Under the pieces are notes generated by a model, which made no database searches, was not told where the DNA came from, and worked only from the letters and a program-made list of their open reading frames with translations. From IMG/VR virus record IMGVR_UViG_3300037245_001077, positions 64,001 to 128,000 of that record: DNA of 64,000 bases. One strand, 5' to 3'. The translations under genes and the position numbers were made by a program. The stretch comes from a virus. Positions 57,229 through 64,000 of this stretch are shown in pieces; the stretch's first letter is position 1; every line of letters begins with the position of its first letter.

Positions 57229-59408
57229 TGCGATTTCCAAAGATACCTTCTGTACCTGAGCTAGGGCTATTTTATGGGGATCAGGGGGGACCGGGAACGA
57301 GTCTCCCTTCTTCTGATGCCCATAAGCTATGTCCTTTTTTAGCTGGGGAAGACAAGGCGTTTTGCTCGTTGGATGGGGCCTTGTGCCCTTTCATCGGGTT
57401 TAACTACCGTAGGTGTAAGAAGTACACCAACAACATGGCTAAGGGTACTTTGCAAGCCAATGACAGGGTTTCAGGTTCCAGTAAACCCCCCCGCATGGAG
57501 GCCCTCACAGAAGCGGCCAAAAAAAGGGGGTCCGCAAGTGAAGAAGACGTTACCAAAGCCTTAGATAGTCTTGAAGCTAAAGACATTAAGTCAGGGCTGT
57601 TTGCTGCTTTCGCTACTGACTTAGGAGTTCTAGCGGATGAAGGTGCGTCTCCAGAGGAATTAAAATCTCTCCAAGCAGAAATTGAACAGCAACTGTTGGC
57701 TTTTAAGCTTGTAACTCCCCCTATCATTGGGGAACCTGAGCCTGGAGAAACTGCGAAAGAGCGTAAAACAAGAGAAAAATTCGCAAGTAAGAGGATCAAC
57801 GCTCAAAAATTTCAACTTGAAAGAAAAAGAAAACTTGTAAACGCTTACATTGTTCGTACACTGGGTAGTATAGATGACAGTGGACGTAGGGCGAATGTTC
57901 AGATTGCCGCTGATGCTTTGTTCGATTTTGCCACTATGAGTGTGGAACAAGGTGTTCCAGATATAACACACTACCAAACACGACAAACCAATATCCGTCA
58001 TCATGATGCAGGAAACACGGAAGATCTGTTTTTCGGTAAGTACTCAGAGCGCATGAAGCACTCAGCTACATCTGCCAGTACAGAAGACCCAGACAACCGT
58101 CCCCATGAGCCACGTAAGGGACCGAATAGGGGTGCAAGTGCTCCTGATCCTAAAGGGCACCCTGGCCCAAGGCCCAGAAAGTCTTACGCTGGAGAGTCCC
58201 AAGCTAAAGCTAGAAATGCTTATGAGGCCCAAAAAAGAGCGGATAAGGCAGCAAGAAAACTTTTTAAAAAAGCCAAGAAGAAGGCTAAAAAGAAGGCTAG
58301 GGATAGACGTTTTAAAGAGCTAGAGAAAGAAGTAGCTAAAGGTGCATCTCCCGCGTATAAAGCATATAAGCGTCACCCTAGCGGACAAGCCCAAACTAGC
58401 ACGAAAGCACGTACCGCAGAGCAATTTGCTGGTTGGGCAAATGAGCTGTCTAAACATTACTCACAAGAGACTATAGACGCTGTTTTCCGTGGAGGAAATC
58501 GTGACGCAGATCAGAATATAGAGACAACAAAACAATCAGCCGAAAAACTCTATGCGAATAATGATGTTAAGAGTATTGCAGATTTACAAAAAGGACTTTT
58601 AGCAAAGTTGAGCAAGTTTGATGATATCGAGCACAAGAAAAAGGTTTTCGATTTAGAGTTTGAAGAAAATAAGAGAAAAGCACGGATACTTGACCCACGT
58701 CTAGACGAAAAGTTGAGAGCTTGGAAAACTGATCCAGAGCGATTGGGTAAAATTGCTACGATGCAAAATAAGGCCATTCGTAGACTCTATAGACTTGAAT
58801 ACCAAAAAGTAAAAATTGGTAACAGTGAGGTTATGCAAACTATTCGTAAAGCCACGGTACCTATGATGACCCGTGCAGACTATGAAGTTATTCGTATGTC
58901 TGAACAGCTTGGGTTGGCCGCAATCCAGAAGCAACATCAGTATGGACGCAAATATGGTAAATTTAACAGTTGGGTGTTGTTTGCAAAATCAATAGTTATA
59001 CCTGCTTTTGCCGCATCTCTGGGGTATACTCAGTATATCCCTATCCTTAGCCGTGCTTTCCCACAGCCCTGGTTAGACTCTTTCTACTTTGCTTACGTAG
59101 AAACACCTTTGCCCAAGTACCAAAGGTATGGGGGTAAAGATGATGGGCTGGTAATGTCTCGTGACGATAAGAGTATGATCAGCCAGCGTATGGTTTCTGG
59201 GCGTAGCAAGAAACTCATGAAGGGCTTTGATAAAGACTATGTTATGCCCCCGGATAGAGCGGTACTACACACCCAGTGGCGTCCTACCACTAAGAAGAGT
59301 TGGGGAAAAATTCGCCATAAAGAGTTGGCAAGACGGTTTCATGCTGCTAAAGTTAAGCCCCCTGCGGGTGCGGCTGATACTTGGCGTCGTGGGTTCTTAC
59401 GGAGATAA
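57228..59408 (+). CDS. Large basic protein with N-terminal Cys cluster
   Basis: CPF..C....CPF....C..Y, then Lys/Arg-rich. Confidence 0.7.
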   Translation: MRFPKIPSVPELGLFYGDQGGPGTSLPSSDAHKLCPFLAGEDKAFCSLDGALCPFIGFNYRRCKKYTNNMAKGTLQANDRVSGSSKPPRMEALTEAAKKRGSASEEDVTKALDSLEAKDIKSGLFAAFATDLGVLADEGASPEELKSLQAEIEQQLLAFKLVTPPIIGEPEPGETAKERKTREKFASKRINAQKFQLERKRKLVNAYIVRTLGSIDDSGRRANVQIAADALFDFATMSVEQGVPDITHYQTRQTNIRHHDAGNTEDLFFGKYSERMKHSATSASTEDPDNRPHEPRKGPNRGASAPDPKGHPGPRPRKSYAGESQAKARNAYEAQKRADKAARKLFKKAKKKAKKKARDRRFKELEKEVAKGASPAYKAYKRHPSGQAQTSTKARTAEQFAGWANELSKHYSQETIDAVFRGGNRDADQNIETTKQSAEKLYANNDVKSIADLQKGLLAKLSKFDDIEHKKKVFDLEFEENKRKARILDPRLDEKLRAWKTDPERLGKIATMQNKAIRRLYRLEYQKVKIGNSEVMQTIRKATVPMMTRADYEVIRMSEQLGLAAIQKQHQYGRKYGKFNSWVLFAKSIVIPAFAASLGYTQYIPILSRAFPQPWLDSFYFAYVETPLPKYQRYGGKDDGLVMSRDDKSMISQRMVSGRSKKLMKGFDKDYVMPPDRAVLHTQWRPTTKKSWGKIRHKELARRFHAAKVKPPAGAADTWRRGFLRR

Positions 59409-59410
59409 TA

Positions 59411-60889
59411 ATGGCTCGTACTACACCACGTAAGGTTACTCCTAAACTCCAGTCTGTTGGAGGTGCGCGTCCTGTTAGATTTGAGGGCGGGACAGAGATG
59501 GAGTTGCATGGGTATTTGATCCCTGAGAAGCAAGAAGCTCGGGTAGAGATACCTATTTTCCAACATGCCTTCTACCCCACGCTCAAGCATACTGACCTTG
59601 ACGTTAAGCAGAACATCACCTACCGCTCTGTAACGCTTCCCTCCTTGTCCACCCTTAGGGCACATGGTATCGAGGCTGAGAGGGCCGTTTTTGTGGCTGA
59701 GGTGGTCGTTCATCCTCGGTACATCAAACACGCAAATTATTTCCGGGGGGATTTTCCTGCGAGCATGAAGACTCTTGCCCGTCGAGAAAATATCGTTTTT
59801 CTTTTCGCAGCTAACGATATGCCCTCGGCTAGGTTAAAGCGGAAGCAGGTTTTGAACTTCTGGCGTTTATCCTTTTCTCCTCTTTTGTTGAAGGGGAGAC
59901 AGTACACCTCTGGGCGTATGAGCTTCTTTATGGTTGCGCCTCCAGAGTCTGTGTCTAAGTTTAAGAGGTCGCTTAACCTTGAGGGTGTAACTGCGGAAAA
60001 CGTTAACAAGATTTTAGAATATTACCCTGCGGTTAGCCGTACACGGAGACCAAGAAAACGTGGACCTCGTGCGAAGTACACGGTTGAAGAGCGTAGGTTG
60101 GCTAACGAGTTGGTGAAAGAAACTTCCAGTAGGTTGTCAGACCAACTACTTCCTTTGGTGACTTCAAAATTTGACATCGCACCGAACTCGTCTACAGCTA
60201 AGCAGTTGGATGCTTATTTGAGTAATCCCGCTACTAGCCGAGAACTGATAAAGGCTACAGAAGGTAAGCGTAATCGTGCTTGGGCAGTAAAGAAATGGGT
60301 GAAGTCATCCATGCTTCCCCGTGTAATAGAGATTGCCAAGGACGAAGCGGCAATGGCAGGGGAGTCTATAGTCCGTTTTGCTGTTCTTGCAACTATCACA
60401 ACAGGAGTTAATATCGCCCTAGGACAGGCACAAGCCAGTAGAATAGGTAAAAAAATTAACGCCCTTCAGAAACTTGAGTATAAGCCTTCTCGGATGGCTT
60501 CGCATACACAGGTAGGCGCAGGGACTCTGGCTTTCAAGTTCTCACCTAATGCTAAAGACTTGTCTTCTATGCAACTGCAAGTAACCAAAAAAGCGATGGC
60601 AGAAATTATGGGCAATTTTGGGCAGTGGGATTACACTTCCGCACAAGGGTCTCTTTTTGACATCACGCTGAACTTGCACAATAAAACTAAACCAATAACA
60701 GTTAAATTGGACCATGCTGCGTTAAGAGTTCACCGGGGGCAGAACAAAGAGAACTTAGGGCCTTTTGCACATAAAAGTCAAGATAACTACCTCACCCAAC
60801 ATATTCTACCCGGCGTAGAACGAGAACTGAACATGTGGTTCCAGCACGGTAGAGAGTCTGAAGAAGATAGTCTACTAGGCAATTATTAA
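59411..60889 (+). CDS. Basic hypothetical protein
   Basis: SD GGAG before ATG 59411. Confidence 0.7.
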   Translation: MARTTPRKVTPKLQSVGGARPVRFEGGTEMELHGYLIPEKQEARVEIPIFQHAFYPTLKHTDLDVKQNITYRSVTLPSLSTLRAHGIEAERAVFVAEVVVHPRYIKHANYFRGDFPASMKTLARRENIVFLFAANDMPSARLKRKQVLNFWRLSFSPLLLKGRQYTSGRMSFFMVAPPESVSKFKRSLNLEGVTAENVNKILEYYPAVSRTRRPRKRGPRAKYTVEERRLANELVKETSSRLSDQLLPLVTSKFDIAPNSSTAKQLDAYLSNPATSRELIKATEGKRNRAWAVKKWVKSSMLPRVIEIAKDEAAMAGESIVRFAVLATITTGVNIALGQAQASRIGKKINALQKLEYKPSRMASHTQVGAGTLAFKFSPNAKDLSSMQLQVTKKAMAEIMGNFGQWDYTSAQGSLFDITLNLHNKTKPITVKLDHAALRVHRGQNKENLGPFAHKSQDNYLTQHILPGVERELNMWFQHGRESEEDSLLGNY

Positions 60890-62767
60890 TGCTGTACTTA
60901 GAACAAGAAGCTGCCCTTCGTCAGGTTACAGAGGGAGTAGATGTTCTTTCTCACTTCCTAATGGAGCTGTATGATTTAGACGAGGATGATGCTCTAGACA
61001 CAGTACGAGAACTACCTGATCTTATCAATAAAATCCAAGACAATAAGCTCCGAGAATTGTTTGAGGTAGCGGCTAAGCGTGCTCGTACTAAGGTAATCAA
61101 ATTCAATCAACCAAACCCCGATGAGTTCTACCCTGGCCATCCAAAGTTCATGCCGAATATTACAACCAAGAGTACGTTTAACGAGCATATGGCTCAAGCG
61201 TTAGAGCCTTATGTCACATCTATTATGCGTAAAGTAGCTAAGGATCGTGGCCTTAAAGCTCCTGAGGAGCGTGTTGTTAAAGCAGTTATAGCCCAAACAG
61301 ATTGGGCAAGAGCCGCATACGAAGCTAAACGTATGCCCCCTAAGCCTCCTCCAAGCCAATTACGCCGGTTCTTTAGAAAGTATCTTGGTCCATTAGAACG
61401 CAAGTTATCTGGGGCTACAGGTATGTTGTTTGGAATAGCCATGTCTGCCCTTATGATGCAGATGATGTGGCAAACCTTTAAGCATTCCGCTGAAGCAGCA
61501 GGAGGAGGAGTGAAAAGTTTCATACCCTTCTCTCATGCTTCTCAGCACAGAGTGCAGAACAAGTATCAACGCAAACTGGGTATTCCTAAACGGTTCCGAA
61601 CCTTTAAGACCTTCTAATGGGGGTTAAACGGCAATGGAAGGTTATGAAGTTGAGGCAGTTGCCTATAGCTGAAGATGTCCGGGCACAGCTTGTCAAGGAT
61701 ATCATTAGGCGTAAGTGCCCTACCGTTAAACTTTATGCCTGGGACGTTCACCATGAAGGTGTTCATCTCGTTGCCAAACAAGCATTTTTCAATCAACAAC
61801 AAGCCCTAAAAGATTGGTATATCTCTAAACGGCTGTGGGAAAAAGAATCTCCTCCGGCTGGGATAGTTGTCTACGCATGGAAAACAGATGTAGATGACAT
61901 CACTAAACACGCTAAGGGTACTTCTTTGCGCGAAATTACGTTGCCTCGTAAGCGGGAGATGGATGTTGTTATCCTCCCCTCCTCTGTACAGGAGGATATA
62001 CAACGAACCCTGGAAAACCAGTCCTAAACCCTAGCTCTTATCCCTCTATATGCATAATTGATTGACTTGGGAAACCGGAGAACTTTGGTTTACCTGAAAT
62101 AAAACCATAGGAGGTAACAGATGACCTATCCGAATATGGATCTGCAATCCTTACCCGCGAATATCGATTTGCGAGTTGGGACAGATCAGGCCGAACGGAC
62201 TCTCCAGCTTTCGTACTGGCAAGTCTGGGCTGGTATCCAGTCGTTGAATATCATCGATAATCTGGGTATTCGTCCTGAAGTTGTGGTCAATGCTGGCGAT
62301 GAAGCTGCGTTCGATACAGCTCTCGGAAACTTGATTGCTGAACTTGTCGCTGCGACTGTCTATTACGACGAAATCTTTGCAATGGTTCCGTAGGATAGTG
62401 CATGGAAGCACGGCGGCTGATTGACGCAGACATCATCTTAGGGGAGTCCCTTACAAGATTCCATCTTGCGATGGACAACTCGATGTTTCCTGATAGCAGC
62501 ACCGAACTCCATGTAGCTCACCATCCGAATGGTGACCTTAGAGAACCGGCACAATGGTACAATGTTTACGAACATCCTACTGAGCACCAGCTCAAGCTAG
62601 TTCGTGAAGCACTTAATATCGATGAGGACGACTGGAGGATTGTAGAGCACATGCTCGGATCTTTTCGCTGGGTTATTTACCAGCATGTTGACCCCTCAAA
62701 ACGCGCTGAAATTCGTGTCGATGTTGCCGGTATGAAGGCCGGTGAATGGACAACAACCTACTTCTAG
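60889..62767 (+). other. Hypothetical ORFs 60889-61617, 61617-62027, 62121-62393, 62402-62767
   Basis: Coupled, co-directional. Confidence 0.6.
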
Positions 62768-62777
62768 GAGATCACTG

Positions 62778-64000
62778 ATGACTGACCTGATCGAAGTTAT
62801 GCCCTTTGAATATCAGATTGTAGAATCTGAGAATGGCGCGTTCCGCGTTGAAGGGGTTTTCCAACGGTCAGATGTCGAGAATGCTAACAAGCGTGTTTAC
62901 CCCCGTCGTATCTGGGAAAAAGAACTGGGTGAGAAGAGGGTCATGGAAGCCCTTGAAAGCCGTTCTATGTACGGTGAACTGGATCACCCGTCCGATGGGA
63001 AAACGATGTTGAAACGTGTGTCTCATGTAGTTACTAATCTTTCTCTTACTGAGGATGGAACAGTAACTGGCGGGGCAGACATTTTGCCTACACCAAATGG
63101 CCAGATCCTACGCACTCTTTTTGAGTCGGGTACCCAAGTCGGTATTAGTTCTCGGGGGTCAGGTTCCGTACAAGGCGGTGTAGTACAGGAGGATTTCAAG
63201 CTCGGTACTTTTGATTTCGTAGCGCGACCCTCCACCCCAGGTGCGCTCCCCCGCCATGCGGGGGAAATTAGCGGTAAAAAGTCCCGCACAGAAGGTGACG
63301 ATACTATCGAGAATGTTGTCGTAACAGATGCAGGGGAAATGGACTCCGATCTTTTCGACAAGCTTTGTCAAGAATTAGAAACCCTTGATGCTGGCGGCAT
63401 TGTTGATGGTAATCTAACTGAAAGTGAACTTTCTACCATGGATTTCAATGACATCGGTCACGACGTTACAGTGTTGTATAATGCTGTAATGGGAGAACAG
63501 GAGTTCTCTCCTGAATTTGTGGACGCAGTCAGTGAAGATATCCTAAATCTCGGTGGAACACTAACTCAATTAGCGGCTGACCACCCCGAACATGGAATAG
63601 TTATTTCAGATCTACTAGAAAAAGTCGAGAAAAGCCGTGGGGCTGTGATTGCACAAGTCCCACAAGAAATTGTTAAGGAGGAACCCATGGACAGGCTTCA
63701 ATTCATTAAGGACCGTCTCCAAGAGCGCTCTGACAACCAAGTTTTAAGCGCTGAGGAGGAGATCATGCAAGAAGCCGATGAGCTGCGTCAGGAGCTAGAA
63801 GAGCTTACTGATGACGAGTTGATTGACGTAGCCTTGAAAACTGGTGTTCTTGAGCCAGATGGCGTTGACGAAGACGATGACGATGACGAGCCGGAAGCGG
63901 AAGTCACCGTTCAGGATCTTTTGGATTACATCGAAGAACTTGAGAACGATCACGAAGAGGCGACAAACTTGGTTGTGGAGTTGGCGGAGGCCCTTGAAGA
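62778..64000 (+). CDS. Prohead protease (T4 gp21-like) fused to an acidic scaffold; runs off the window end
   Basis: Absent from the ORF track. Hand translation gives EGVFQ...N.NKRVYP, YGELDHP, VGISSRGSG, FDFVARPS, then an acidic coiled coil with no stop. Confidence 0.92.
   Translation, partial: MTDLIEVMPFEYQIVESENGAFRVEGVFQRSDVENANKRVYPRRIWEKELGEKRVMEALESRSMYGELDHPSDGKTMLKRVSHVVTNLSLTEDGTVTGGADILPTPNGQILRTLFESGTQVGISSRGSGSVQGGVVQEDFKLGTFDFVARPSTPGALPRHAGEISGKKSRTEGDDTIENVVVTDAGEMDSDLFDKLCQELETLDAGGIVDGNLTESELSTMDFNDIGHDVTVLYNAVMGEQEFSPEFVDAVSEDILNLGGTLTQLAADHPEHGIVISDLLEKVEKSRGAVIAQVPQEIVKEEPMDRLQFIKDRLQERSDNQVLSAEEEIMQEADELRQELEELTDDELIDVALKTGVLEPDGVDEDDDDDEPEAEVTVQDLLDYIEELENDHEEATNLVVELAEALE

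Noticed and set aside
1-64000. Minus-strand ORFs throughout
   Set aside because: Nearly all lie opposite longer + strand genes or RNA genes, lack recognisable motifs, and read as antisense shadows.

Overview
The window is a 64-kb segment of a large, probably jumbo, tailed-phage genome. Every credible gene is on the + strand and uses the standard code. 1-8.7 kb holds small early/accessory ORFs with sigma70-type promoters. 8.7-17.5 kb is an RNA-rich island with 28 tRNA genes covering all 20 amino acids, a tmRNA (tag ADEFEQLPLAA) and a ~860-nt GOLLD-like RNA containing a nested tRNA-like domain. These are interleaved with a family of basic proteins sharing an N-terminal 'MTREELIEAIVE' motif. 18-26 kb is accessory genes, 26-40 kb is tail/fibre structural genes, and 44-64 kb is a T4-like head module (large terminase, gp20-like portal, HU-like protein, large basic ORFs, gp21-like protease fused to a scaffold). 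The main finding is that each of the three large tRNA operons (6, 8 and 12 tRNAs) is preceded by a 13-22 codon leader ORF whose codons list those read by the tRNAs of that same operon. Each leader is followed by a mutually exclusive antiterminator/terminator pair. This looks like ribosome-mediated attenuation that senses host tRNA shortage and switches on matching replacement tRNAs. I know of no description of it, but could not search the literature. All calls are from reading the sequence by eye; no database searches or folding calculations were run.
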